A DNA stretch of 64,000 nucleotides from Callorhinchus milii (lineage: Eukaryota), in contig NW_024704742.1 of the NCBI RefSeq assembly GCF_018977255.1, positions 99,884,001 to 99,948,000 on the forward strand, read 5' to 3'. Numbering within the stretch: the first letter of the stretch is position 1; every line of letters begins with the position of its first letter. The notes beneath the pieces were generated by a model. The model saw only the letters and a list, made by a program, of their open reading frames with translations. It did not search any database and was not told the DNA's origin. Of this stretch, positions 34,656-47,277 are shown one piece after another. The position numbers were made by a program, and so were the translations under genes.

Positions 34656-36129
34656 TGTGAGACCTCAGGTCTGAAGCGATCTTGGGGCAGAAGCAATTGC
34701 AATGCCGTATATAGATTTCAATGAATAAAACACAGCTATATGTCTTGAGGCATTTTTTCCAATGAGCAGGCATCAGTAAAACAACTGCTTTGCTGAAAGG
34801 AGCACATTTTCAATCCCATTAGCACCACAGTTGCAGCTCGGACTCATCTGAGTCCCAGTGCTTGTTTGACTCCACAGCCAGGATCATCAGGAACAGTGGA
34901 CTGGGCATCTGTTTGTTGTTTTCACAGTACAGTAAATACCAAATATGCTAACAAGATGATTCGCATGACACCATGTTGAAAATGCGGCCAGTTCACTTGT
35001 TACCATATTCTGAGAAGGTTACCATATTTATTTAAACCCACTTTGATTTTGAAAGCTCTGTTATACAAGACTTGTACAACCAGTGGTGCTGAAAACCTCA
35101 ATTTGCGAGACTCACATGTTATTCTAAGACCTTTGGGAAATAAAAAAGCTAAAATCCAGAGCTGATCTTAAGTATCACATAATTTGAGATACCAGAAATG
35201 CCTGGTCATTAATGCTGGTTAGTTCTGGATTCCATGCAGGTTTAAAACTCTCATGATCAGTAACATGTTTCCATACTTAAAAGGTCATAAAAATGAAAAA
35301 CATTTCAATACATTACTTTTTGCAGCCAGACATTTATGAAATCCCAAATCTTTCAGATAAATGAAGACCATTTGTATGAGCGCGGTATATTTTTAACAGC
35401 AAAATAAGCCAACTTCGTTCAAATTCCTCCAGAACAGGATACATATGTGGCAGATTTTATGGCTAAATAATGAGGACATTGACTGTGTAGCATGTTTCTG
35501 CAAGATGCATTATGCATCAGAAGACCACGGGTGCTGTCAGCTTCAAAGCTAACAGATTTTAGCTTGACATGCCATCATAAATTACATTAAATTAAAAAAT
35601 GACCTTGTGTACGTAAACATCTGCCTCCCTCCACCCTCTACAATCAAAGCGTTCTAAATAGCAAACTTTCTGTCTCTCGTTTAATATGTATATATGCAAT
35701 TACAATGTAGCTCGGCAGCCAAAATCTGCAGTATTATCGTGTATCCTTTTGAAACCATTTTCAGCAACAATCAATCTGAAGTGTGTTGCAGTATGCAAAT
35801 CGGTTTTCTAAAGCACAAATCCAGAAAAGTCAGATAGAGCTGTAATAGAAATTACACATGTATCAAGAAAACCTACGGGAGAAATACATCTCTTTCATAG
35901 ACAGAGGTCAATGAACCTTGCTTGGTAAAATGGCACTGTCATCTGAGAGACAAGGAGAAATGGTTGGCGATTGGGAAGCACAGCTCCAGATTGCTCTGCA
36001 GAATATTCCAGTTGTTAAATGAGTTTTAGCATTCATCAAAAATCCTGTTCTTCTCACAATAGCATAAAACATTCACCAGGTAATACCCCGACATGAACAG
36101 AAATGTCTTATAGCAACCGCAATCATGGA

Positions 36130-36370
36130 GTGGGGGGAAAGGAACTGCAGCATGGCTTATTATCACACATGATACTACCTCGGCCAAAAAGGCTGTCAAA
36201 AGCAGTCAATACTTATCAGTGCCCTCAGGGGTGAACCCTCAACTCCTACCCCACCATCTCCCCCAAGGCCAATAATAACTATTGACTGCTTCTGACAGAA
36301 CTATTTTTGGTCGATGTGACAATTATCATGGGTGACGACATAACATGCTGCATTTTCCCCATTCCCCCAC
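36130..36370. repeat. Long imperfect inverted repeat (~105-115-bp arms, ~22-nt spacer)
   Basis: ctgtcaaaagcagtcaata (36193-36211) versus tattgactgcttctgacag (36280-36298), 18/19 complementary; pairing extends outward through ccaaaaa/tttttgg, catgata/tatcatg, tgcagcatg/catgctgca and gtggggg/cccccac. Confidence 0.85.
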
Positions 36371-36557
36371 CCCCTTCCAAAAAATATTTTCATTTGTGTA
36401 TTTACATGATCAGAGCACAATCATTCTCCAAACAGATTCTACCCTTGACATACTCACACATCCATTTTATAACCTTTACAAAACCACTTTGACTTAATTA
36501 GCAAACAGCTTCATTATTTGTAAGTGAAAGGGGCATTTGGGAATTTTTCAAACACTT

Positions 36558-36710
36558 GATAATAGTAATAATAATGTTTGCATTTGATATAGTGCCTTAT
36601 CACATTGTTGAGAAGTCTCAAAATGCTTCGCAGAATATACTGTAAAGTGAATTGACTGTGTATTTGTGGGTGAAACATGGCAGCCAATTGCGCACAGCAG
36701 TGTCCCACAT
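36558..36710 (-). mobile_element. Young SINE 3' half
   Basis: gcatttgatatagtgccttatcac..cagaatatactgtaaagtgaattgactg..gcagccaattgcgcacagcagtgtcccaca. Confidence 0.85.
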
Positions 36711-38514
36711 TTCATTCATGCTTTCTATTCATGCGCTATGTGGGCTACTTAACAAGGGAGGTGGTCAAAGACTATGCGGATAGGAACTGTGTTGTTTAAA
36801 GATGCAGGTCTGGATGGTCAGTGTCCTGCTATGTGGTCGTGATTCTACTAGTCAAGTGATTCAGCTTCAACATCACTATTTCACATTCGAATTGGCTCCC
36901 AAAACAAAACCAGATGTCTCTTGTTTCATAAAATACAAATGAGAACACACAGACTATCTCATGATTATCTCATGAGCAGAGAAGGCCTCATGACCTATGA
37001 GTGAAAGTGTCACAAGGGAGCTGTGAAATTCTTACTCATGAATGTGATAAATGGTGTTCTGCTCCCACCAATTCCATGTTGCATTTAGGACCATGGGGGG
37101 GGGGGGGCATGTGTTTTATAAATGAGTGTTTTTTTTGTTGAAAATAATTATAATTAACTTTCCAATCCACATATTTCAGTACAGAAAGCTTACTTCCTGT
37201 AACATTGTGTGAAGCTCCCCCTCGTCAGCTTCCGAAAGTACCTACATGAAGCTTAGTTGTGTCTGGTTTGTTAAGAAATAGAAAGTGAGGAAGTATAAGG
37301 GGTCACGTAAAGGGGTGGCAGTCCTTAGCTAACGTATATCTTGCATAAAGACAGAGAAGAAAAGAAACTCACAGCTAAAGAGACACAAAGATGGCATTCG
37401 ATTTAAATTAATGACTATTTTGGCCACAGATGCAATTTATTTTACAAACAAGGCAGTATTCAATTTTAGCTCGTTGAATGAATGTAAGTAAAACGCAGAG
37501 GCACACACACTAACAAAATGTATTTTCAAATTTCTTATCAGCTGCACCACAGAAGGAAACCTGCTTTCAGTGTTTCAGCATTTCATAGCTTCCTTGCTTT
37601 CTCACGGACACACACGCTGGCCTTACAGAAAAACACTTTATTATTGTCTGACACCATCCTTGACTTTTGATCGGTCAAATACTTTAGCAAAACAGTAAAA
37701 ACCATTCCTGATATTGGCCAACTCAGTTATCCACTTCGCTTACTGACTGCTTTGCCAAGTGACGAGCATTTCTCATCATTAATCAAAGTCTCTGCCACTG
37801 TCCAGCCATTTACAGAAATGCAACAGAAAAACCTCAGAGTGAAACTCATCCTGTTGTGTTGTGGATGTTATTTACTGATTGAACAATAATATTTTTCACT
37901 CCAAGCTTTATTTTTCTTTATATATGCTATAGGAATATTTTCGCATTCTATTGTAAATCACAATGTAAAATGTTTACAATAAATGCTGGGAGTGTTAATA
38001 GCTGTTTTGGGAGAGTGATAATGTTCTGCCTGGAAATGGATTATGTTCCAGCTAAAATTAGGATGCTTCTTGTGAGTTCTAATTGTGGATCCACTCATAT
38101 GACCATATAATTGTATCTGTAATGCATGTCATCTATTCAGCTACTTATGTGATTGCAGCTATTATTGAATATAGGAAAGGTTTCACTCTATAAAGCTTAG
38201 TTTGTTCAGTCCGACAGAGGGAGTTGCTGGAAGTTTTGAGGGAGTAGCTGTTGTGGCGCGGAACTGGCAGCTGTATAATAAAATCATTTGATTCTTCAAT
38301 CTCTGCAGTAAAGAGCTTGAGTCCTTTCTTTAACAGCTTGCTGAATCAAACCTGCAAAAGGTACAATAGCGTTACACACCTTAAATCATACACGGCAGTC
38401 AGCAACTGCTTTACTTATCACAGCAGGAGCGTTGCACCGATTGCTAGGGAAAATGTTATTTTAATTTAAGTGAATCCTCAGCAAACAGCCCATTTACTAG
38501 GTTCACTGCATTGT

Positions 38515-38695
38515 AGAACCCATTGAAATGTATAGCACAGAAGGAGGCCATTTAATGTATTGTGCCTATTCTGGCTCTCTGAAAGAGCTATGGGTCCCAT
38601 TCTCCTGCCTTTTCCCTACACTCTTTTATATTTCCCCTTTTCACATATTTACCTAATCCCCTCTTAAAGGCTAATATAGATTCTGCTTGCACTGT
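38515..38695 (-). mobile_element. CR1 3' end
   Basis: agcacagaaggaggccatt..gaaagagcta; minus frame VQAESILAFKRGLGKYVK. Similar ends lie at 21390-21520(-), 30690-30815(+), 18230-18400(+) and 9365-9430(-). Confidence 0.75.
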
Positions 38696-40857
38696 GTAGA
38701 AAAAAGAAACTGTGAGATAATAAGTCACTAACTTGTGAAATAGACTGAAATATTGATGGCTCTTGATGGAAATTACATGTTCACAATGAGTGGGTGATTG
38801 GTTGGAGTCAGCCATACAGTCCATCTCAGTCACTCTCACCAGCCTGGTTCTTTCAGCAACGCATTCTTGCAAGTAAAACAATTTTGATTAAAATTGGCTA
38901 CAAAAGCATGAAACGTGATACGCCAGTGTAAAACTAACTCACTGGTGGCATAGGAGAATAGTAGTACAAATGCTATGGTTATCAAACAGGTTGAGTGTAT
39001 TGCAATCACAGTGTGGGGGGGAGGGGGCATGAAAATAAGGCATTCCCAAACTGGTCACTGAGCTAACTGACTTCTATTTTGCCACTTCACTTGCTTTCAA
39101 AACACAGCAACTACACTTGACAGTGATAACTGTAAAGCTCTTTGAGGCATTCCAACAGCGTCAGGCGCTATAAAAATGCAAGTTCTTCATTTCACTGTGA
39201 AAATGCCCGTTTTGTAAAATTCCATCAATCGCTCTAGATTTTTTTTCCAAAATAGAATGGGAAAAAAACATGCAGAGGCAGTAAAGCGTTCAGCCCTAGA
39301 CCATCCCTGTGCATTATGGAGGCTCTTTATTTCATGACTGACATTTCATCTGGTCAATGGGAAAATGAGTATTCCAGCGATTCACTGCAGATCAAAGGGA
39401 AATTGAAATGCCAATCCTGATCTCACTCTTTGTATGTTTGATGATACTTCTGTAATGCAATCTGTAGGGGTGGTAAAAAGAGGAAACAAGCTGCAGATAT
39501 AATATATTAGGAAGCATTGCAGCACAATGACTTTCTTGTTATGAATGTGATCTTAGGTTGCATTACTGATTTGAATGGTGATGTGAGATGCTTCTGTAGC
39601 TTCTCAATTTTACAGAAGTTTGACAATCTGCAGGGATTTTTTTTGACAAAGAAATGCTAACAGTGATTACTTACAGTGGGTGTGCAAAGTTCTGAATATC
39701 ACTTCACTAAAGCTCTCGTTAATTGCCAGATCACCTACAGTGTGCTGAAATTAGATTCCAGCCCAGTGTTTGACTTCACTTCTCTAAATGCACAGCCACT
39801 TTTTAATTGTGTAGGTAGGGTCAATGAAGACTCACTAACTGCTACCAAGCCTACCATACTGTGTTTTGCAGTGCATTGAGTGCAATTTTCTGTTTTGCAA
39901 TGTTAAATCTGGACTGACTGCCTTAGGTTTATTTTAAATGTCAGACATACTTTTGCTTATAACTTCTCCCCAAGAGCAGATCTCGGAGCAGATGTATATG
40001 CTTTAATGACTGACTGTTTGAAGGAATCAAAATTTTAGAAGCCAAACAATCATTTTGATGTGATTATGGGTTGGAAATAATAATTACGCCCTTACCGTCA
40101 CCAATTCTGTTTAAGCACAAGAGCATGTCACGAGAGAGAGAGAGAATTGAAAGTAAAGTAAAAAAATTTAAATGATTACAAATTTGTTGCGAGCAACAAA
40201 ATTGATTAATGTATAATTTCTAACTATTGTAGTCACTAAGGATGCTGCAGGCAGTTAAACTTGGATGTCTTTACACATATGCATCTACTATGAATCATTT
40301 GAGGATTTAGCTGAAGATTTCTTACCAAAACAGAAGGCATGAATCCTTCTGGCTTCTCTTTGAGCTGTGTGCATGGTTTCAGAGGCCAGGGAATTAAATG
40401 CCAGGTTCTTTCATCTTTCATAATCAGCTCTACACAGCTGACTGGATTCCCTTGCCTGCTGGCTGACACTGCCAGCACAGATTCTATATGGGGCTGGAAG
40501 TCTTTGTTAGTTCTCTAGTTTTCAGTCGTGCAAGAAGTGATAATTTTCACCTTGTGCTCTGATAAGCAGTGCTGCAGTGGATTGTGCTTCTGTACAGGGA
40601 CATGGAAAAAGGCTCGAGATGTTAAAATTAGTACTAATTAGCCCTGTTTTATATGTTAATTTAACCTATTCACCACACATGGTTCTGTACGCAATACTCA
40701 GAAATGTAATAATAGCATTTAATCAACGCAAATTCCTTTAACCCTTAGCTGACTGCAGAATTCAAATTGTATCACACTGGTACAACGCAGAGTGCACCAA
40801 GAATTTCATAATAATATCTCTCAGCTTGGAGTCACCCCAGATAGAAAGGTTGTTATT

Positions 40858-41385
40858 CTAGAATCATGCTAGGTTTGCAGAACAGAAGGTGGCCATTTGG
40901 CATATCACATCTGTGCTGGTGCCAGCTCCCCCACTGAAAGCTATCTGCGTTAATCCTTAAGCAGAATATGTGTGCAAGAAAAATATTATCTTTATTCTTC
41001 TCCCCAAAATGTTTTTTCTTCCCACCCCTAACCGGTCACCTGCGGTGCACCCCAAAGCTCCATCCTTGGCCGCCTTTTATTATTTTATGAATCTGTACAC
41101 ATTTATCCAATTCTCTTTTAAATGCTTCAACAGCTGTTTGGGGTAAAGGTGTTTCGCATTCTAAGAACTCTTTGCAAAAAAAAATCTAACCTTCCTTTTT
41201 TTATGCTGGTGATAATCTTCAACTAATACCCTTTTGTCATTGACTCAGTTATCAGTGGAAAAACTATTTCTCTGTTTACCTATCAAAACTGTTTAATAAA
41301 CCTCTATTAGATCCCTTCTTAAGCTTCTCTATTCCAGTGAAAAAGTCTAACTGTTTCAAGTCTCTCCATATAACTACAACCTCCT
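40858..41385 (-). mobile_element. CR1 3' region, decayed
   Basis: cagaaggtggccatttggc..; acctctattagatcccttcttaagcttctctattccagtgaaaa..tctctccatataact is antisense to SY.ERL..L.FSLE.RSLRRDLIEV. Confidence 0.7.
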
Positions 41386-41404
41386 GTTAGATTCTAGCAC
41401 TGGA

Positions 41405-41705
41405 GGGAGAATTCCACCGATGTCTGGATTTAGACATTTTTCTTAACATTTCAGTATGTGCAAATTTTGGACAATTCTTAAATTAATCTTTAAACATTTT
41501 TCTGTGTTTTTTATAAGAGGTTACAAAAAGTAACTTCAGAATTGAGATTGAATTTAAGAATTAGCCCAATTATCCCCTTTCCGAAATGACTTGGCGCCTT
41601 GGGACGTCCTCCTGATGTGAAAGGCGCTTTACAGATGTAATTTGTTGTTGTTGTTGAAACTTTAAGAAAACCTCTAAGTCTAGATGTACGTGGAATTTAA
41701 TTTCC
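41405..41705. mobile_element. Palindromic MITE-like copy with an L2 tail inserted (41593-41656)
   Basis: gaattccaccgatgtctggattta.. and ..taagtctagatgtacgtggaatt termini; aattcttaaatt/aatttaagaatt inner pair. Confidence 0.7.
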
Positions 41706-41979
41706 TAGACCTATATTTCTTCGCACTGGGCATAAATAAATAAATAAAGTAGTATTTATAAAAGTAAGAAAAAAAACAGCTTCTGCCCTTGTCTCTCCTC
41801 TCCTTAATGCAGTCATTCATGCTGGAGTATGGTTCCACATACAACGGTACTCCTGTAGTACTTCACCCAAGTGTTCATTCTTGACCTTTCAGCCTGTGGA
41901 TGCATGACGGCATCACACAACAAACTCAGCACAGATCAGGCATCAAAGCTGGGTCTTTCTAGTGTGTGAGGCACACTGC

Positions 41980-42172
41980 AAGGTAGAATTCCACGTGGGT
42001 CTAGATTTATGCTATTGTCTTAGCATTTCAGATTGCTCCTATTTTGGTGAATCCTTAAATTTTAAGTTTTTTTTTCTGTAAGTTCTTTTAAGATGATATC
42101 AAGATTTTGACTGAATTCAACAATTTGACAAGTTCCAGATCTCTAAAATGCCAAGAACATAGAATAAATAAC
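41980..42172. mobile_element. Palindromic MITE-like copy, right end truncated by a type-B L2 tail (42177-42228)
   Basis: gtagaattccacgtgggtctagatttatgctattgtcttagcatttcaga.. and ..ctaaaatgccaagaacatagaataaat. Confidence 0.7.
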
Positions 42173-42622
42173 TTTACTCTGGGACACTACCCTGCATGAG
42201 AGGCACAATATAAATGCAAGTTGTTGTTTGCAGTATTAACATTAAATAAAACAAAACATTGTTTAGTTTTTTTTCTTGACTGGGTATCATTTGTAATAAA
42301 TATTTTGTATCTTCCTTTGGTAATTTAATCAGGCTAGTGATTTACCACATATACTCGTACACACAATCACAGACATGTCAGATTCCGGGTCAACAGTCCT
42401 GCACTGAAAACATGACCAAGAGAACGCAACTATGGTAACAAAGAGAGAATTGCACTGAGCATTTTGTATTTTAAGTCCCTGGAGATTTGAGCTGTATGTT
42501 GCATTACGTATAGCTAAATCATTCCTTCATACAAAATAGCTGTTTAAATAGATAATTTACATCAGCTTTGTAAAATAGCATCGCTGCAAATACACACAAA
42601 AAACTTTGTAATAATCTATATT

Positions 42623-42946
42623 GTTCCTGTAGCTCAGTGGTTAGAGCACTCGCTTTGCAAGTGAGAGACCGGAGTTCAATTCCAGGCAGAGGGCGAAACC
42701 TTGGGCAAGTTTCCTTACTCCACACGCCTAATAATAATCCCTCCAAAAAACAAAACAATAATAAATTGGTTATTTTCAATCCATGACTGTTTGTGGGACA
42801 TTGCTGTGCGCAATTGGCTGCCGTGTTCGCCCACAAATATACAGTCAATTCACTTTACAGTATATTCTGTAAAGCGCTTTGGGACGTCTAGAAGACGTGA
42901 AAAGCGCTATATCAAATGCAAGCATTATTATTATTATTATTATTAT
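42623..42946 (+). mobile_element. Young tRNA SINE, short (deletion) subfamily
   Basis: Same cacacgcct|aataataatcc junction and tctagaagacgtgaaaagcgc tail as 20754-21066. Confidence 0.9.
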
Positions 42947-43583
42947 TTGTTGGTTAGCACTCAATGCACTTAGAAGCTGTGAAAACATTTGAAGAGGTTT
43001 ATTGGGTGCATTATTCCCTGTAATGTTGAACAATTGGATTCATCTTTGAATACTTGAATATTATTTATGTAGTCTTGATGGAAGACAATATAGAATTTTA
43101 GCTATTATATGAAATGAGGGAAACAAGGGTTATGAAACAAATGGTGTACAGCACCTTTCATTAATATTTATGCATGCATCAATATTCATAGCTTTCTGTT
43201 GTCTGTATTGTTTTTCCAGAATTGACCTGTCCTTAAGCTCCTTGTTATTTGAGCTTGCTGCCATTAGCTTCTATCCACATATCTGCCAGAGGCTTGAAAG
43301 CCTTGGCAGTGCTCCAGCTCACTTATACTTAAATAGACACTCAAGCTTCAACGAACATGCAGCTAAATAAAGGCCAATAATTCAATAGAGTACGACTGTA
43401 CTAAGGCTGCTAGTAAATCCATCACACAGTAAATATCGTCTCCAGCCAATGCAAGCTTTTATCATTCCAATTTTTGTGTACGTGTGGTGCAATGCCTGGG
43501 CCTTCAGTGAATCATGTAATTTATTCTGCAGAGATGCCGGGCTGTCTCTAACATCATATTGACTTTTTTTTCCTATCTGTCAG

Positions 43584-43610
43584 GCGTATTCAGCTCTGCA
43601 TTTGTGTGCA
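43584..43610 (+). other. Candidate 27-nt microexon of an unidentified host transcript
   Basis: Branch point ctaac 43548-43552, AG-free pyrimidine tract ttttttttcctatctgtcag, 27 nt open in all three frames, donor GCA|gtgagt; unique flanks. Confidence 0.3.
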
Positions 43611-45490
43611 GTGAGTACTATGCCCCATGAATACATTTGTTTTCCTTTTCAACAGTTATTGTGCGGTTGCTGCTGCTCTCAATTCAAATCAGGCAAGAAC
43701 AACACTCCTGTTATTGGAGGACTGGAAATAATTAACACAGCCACATACAAGAAGCCGCATGAATTATTTAAAAGAAAGTGTTCATGCAATGTTTAACCTA
43801 ACTGGATGACACGGACTGTCTTATCCCACTGCACAGTGACATGACCTTGACAATTCCACAGATTTAACGCTTAACCCTTTAAAAACCACCTTCTTCCCTT
43901 GGGATCTAATAACATAACTAAGGTCTGCTTGGAATAAAAAAGACAGAGATATTCCGAGCTTACATTTATTTTAACAACTTTATTAATATTCTACCAGAGC
44001 CTCTTAATGTTATAGAAACATTTCAGAGCTTATTCCCAAAGGGGTGATAAATGTGCTATAAAAGTCATTGCAATTAGCAACAAAATCAATGTCATATTAT
44101 TGATGTTGTAAGTTAGCGAGTTGTTTTTTTTTCAAATGTGATACATTAAATATCTCACAGAGAGAAAAGAAAATCGCTCGTCTTTACAAAAAATCACAAT
44201 GACAAAATCTTAATTGCACAGTGCCCTGGCAGTCTGTTCTCCTGTAGACCCACACAAAATCTGAATCAGCAACAAAATCTTAGGGATTTGATCCAGTTTT
44301 TCAATATACTTACTGACTGGCTCTTGAATTTGCTGGTTTCACTGATCAATCAGATGGCAAGGTGGAAATTGCCCAGAAATAAAGTGGAACATGTCCTTAC
44401 ATACAGGAGGACATTCTCAAGATTATTTATTTGCTGCTCTTGGTTACTGATCCATGGTTTCTTTTACAGAGGTAAGTGGAGAAAAATGTGGGTCTAACAA
44501 AATAATGCAAAAAAGACAGGGACACAAAAAAGGACAAAACTAAATATATGATCAGCAAGCAAATTCAGGCAGTTAATAGATATCTAGAGAACAATTTATT
44601 CAAGTAGCAGTGACTGCATGAGGATGGATTGGCAGAACTGTTGTGCTGGTTGAGGTGGTGAGTCTGTCCAAATGTATTTGCAATTGCACCATTAACATTT
44701 TTGTAACATTTTTCATGCTTTTGTTCTCTCCGCTCCCTCAACTTGTTTGTCAGACATTTCTCAGCTTACCTCTGATGCTCGGGAATGGTTCCACACAGTG
44801 ACAGGACATCACCAAAGACAAATGACTTGCATGATTCCAAGCTTTGGTCCAATGTAGTTTGCAGTTCTACAAAGCAACCGTTCCAACTGGGTGAAACCAA
44901 TTTGAAAACTATTTCATTTCCGATAGCTGCCTCCAGCTCCTCTCACATAGGTCAAAATTGCATGCCCCACATACTAAATGTGAATATAGATTCTGGGGAT
45001 TGAATTAAGGCAGGGTGTGTAAATTTACATGTCAGATGCCTGTGGACTGTTTGCACGGTGTTTTACAAAAATGTTGGGCATCCAACCCATGGAAAAGGCA
45101 ATCCGGGAGCCAATTTTCATGCAATGTCTCACAAACAGAACAAAGTGATTGACCAATTTTATTCTGGGGGATTGTTGACCAGGATGTGTGCTTCTATAAG
45201 TGGCCACAGATGCATTGCTGTCTCACTGCGATACTCAGCTTTGATTATCTGTGTTATTATACGAGCAGATGTCTTCTTCACCAACACAGAAAACCCTAAT
45301 CCATTGGTGGGGAAGTTTGTTCCATCCTGCCGCACAACTCAACACAAAGTGCTGGATATATTTACCTCTTCAAAATATCTAAAATTCATCCAAGGTACCT
45401 TTCTGTCTGCCACCTGCTTGTGATTCTATCCTGTATATCTGGCTCTGCAGTAAGCAAGTTCTTAGAACCTAGTGCTGATCACGCACATGT

Positions 45491-45874
45491 GGAGTCCTGT
45501 AACTTAGTGGTTAGAGAACTCACATCGCAAACGAGAAACCTAGGTTCTATTCCCGGCAGGGCGAAATGTTAGGCAAGTTTCCTTACTCCACACGCCTCTG
45601 TTCACCTAGCAGTAAGTAGGAAAGCAGTTGTGGGTCAATTGGCAGATCACTTTCCCAGGGGGTAATAATGCCTTCAAAATAGTATAAAAATAAAACATAA
45701 TAATAAATTGGTCACTCAATCCACGACTGTTTGTGGGACACTGCTGTGAGCAATTGGCTGCTGCGTTTCGCCCACAAAATATACAGTCAATTCACTTTAC
45801 AGTATATTCTGTGAAGTGCTTTGAGACATATCAAAGACGTGATAGGCACTCTATCAAATGCAAGGATTACTATT
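45491..45874 (+). mobile_element. Young tRNA-derived Deu-type SINE, full-length form
   Basis: ggagtcctgtaacttagtggttagag head through aaatgcaaggattactatta tail. Confidence 0.9.
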
Positions 45875-46637
45875 AAAAAATTACAGTTAAAATGTCAGGC
45901 CAAGAGAAAAAAACAATGTTTCAGTAAACAAACCATACTGACCTGTCAGCAATTATTGATGTAACCCAGATTGACCTCTTAATAGGCAGCCTAAGAACTG
46001 ATTTACAATTATGATTTGAAAGAGAGTTCGGGCCTTCATACCGTCTCTTTCATTAATACTGGTCCTTCTTCCATTTTCTTCCATTTTCTCTGAATGATTT
46101 GGAAACCTTACTTTCTGTGGTCAAAACAGAGATGAAGTGACAGTTCCCGCTGCTGCACGGGCAACTGTTAGTCCATGTAGTGCTGCAGAGGGGATGATAC
46201 ATTTTAGTAGACATAATGAAAGCAGGTAGAAGTGACAGTAATGTTTAGCACTGCTTTCCCTGCAGTATAGTATTTCTGTAATTGTTACATTTCATTTTGA
46301 GGAACATAAAATCAGAAGTAAAATGCCATTTCTAAATGGGAACTGAAAGCATCGTTAAGAGTTTTTCTCACGAATGTATTCACTTATCCCTTTAGGGAGC
46401 GCACAAAAATGTATAACAAAACAAAATAGGATTATGCTTTTTCATTTCATTTATTTAAGCACCTCAAGAGGTGAATCATACAATTTTGTATGAATACCTT
46501 AAGCTACTTGTAACTTTCAGACAAGGAAACCATCAAATTCCAATTCCGAAAGATGCCAAGGATTTGCAGGACTTAGAGTTTGAATGATTTCCCCACAAAA
46601 TACACTTTACAATATACTCTGTGAAGTGTTTTGAGAC

Positions 46638-47277
46638 TTCCCTGACCATCGCTTTCTTCCATCTCCGACACATTGGCTGTCTCCAACAATACCTCACCCC
46701 AAAACCCTTGTCCATGCCTTTGTCACTTCTCGGCTGGACTACTCTAACGCCCTCCTCACCGGTCTCCCCTCCTCCACTATTCACAAAATTCAGCTCATTC
46801 GAAACTCCGCCGTCCACATTCTCACCCGCACCAATATTTCGTACCCACATTACTCCAGTCCTTGCCAAATTCCACTGGCTCCCTGGCACAGAACGGATCA
46901 ACTTCATTCTAGTGTTTAAATCTCTCCATTCCTTGGCACCCCCCTATCTCTCTAACCTCCTCTCTTCCCACAGCAGTACCCGCTGCCTCCACTCTTCTGG
47001 GTCCGGCCTCCTCCGTGTTCCCCGACTCCTCCGCTCCTCCATTGGTGGCCGTGCCTTCAGCCACTACCCCCAAAACTTTGGAACTTCCTCCCTCAACCCC
47101 TTCACCTCGTCCCCTCCTTCCCCATCTTCAGGTCGCGCCTAAAGACCTTCCTCTTCGACCGCCCCTACAGTCATCTTCCCCCTCCCCCTGGCTCGGCCTC
47201 GGGCTCCACCACTGTTAAGCGCTCTGAGACGCCGCCCAGCGTGGAGGGCGCTATATAAATGCAAGTTGTTGTTGTTG
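46638..47277 (+). mobile_element. L2 3' fragment of a second subfamily (type-B tail) inserted into a SINE tail
   Basis: AFFHLRHI..HITPVLAKFHWLP..IGGRAFSHY; tail aagcgctctgagacgccgcccagcgtggagggcgctatataaatgcaag(ttg)n; SINE tail halves on both sides. Confidence 0.9.

Noticed and set aside
37095..37107. G-run and G-rich L2 antisense tracts as G-quadruplex elements
   Set aside because: A simple homopolymer, or inherent L2 strand bias; no independent evidence of function.
38130..38361. Minus-strand open stretch after a ttttgcag acceptor
   Set aside because: Stops occur soon after the acceptor in all frames, and there is no convincing donor.
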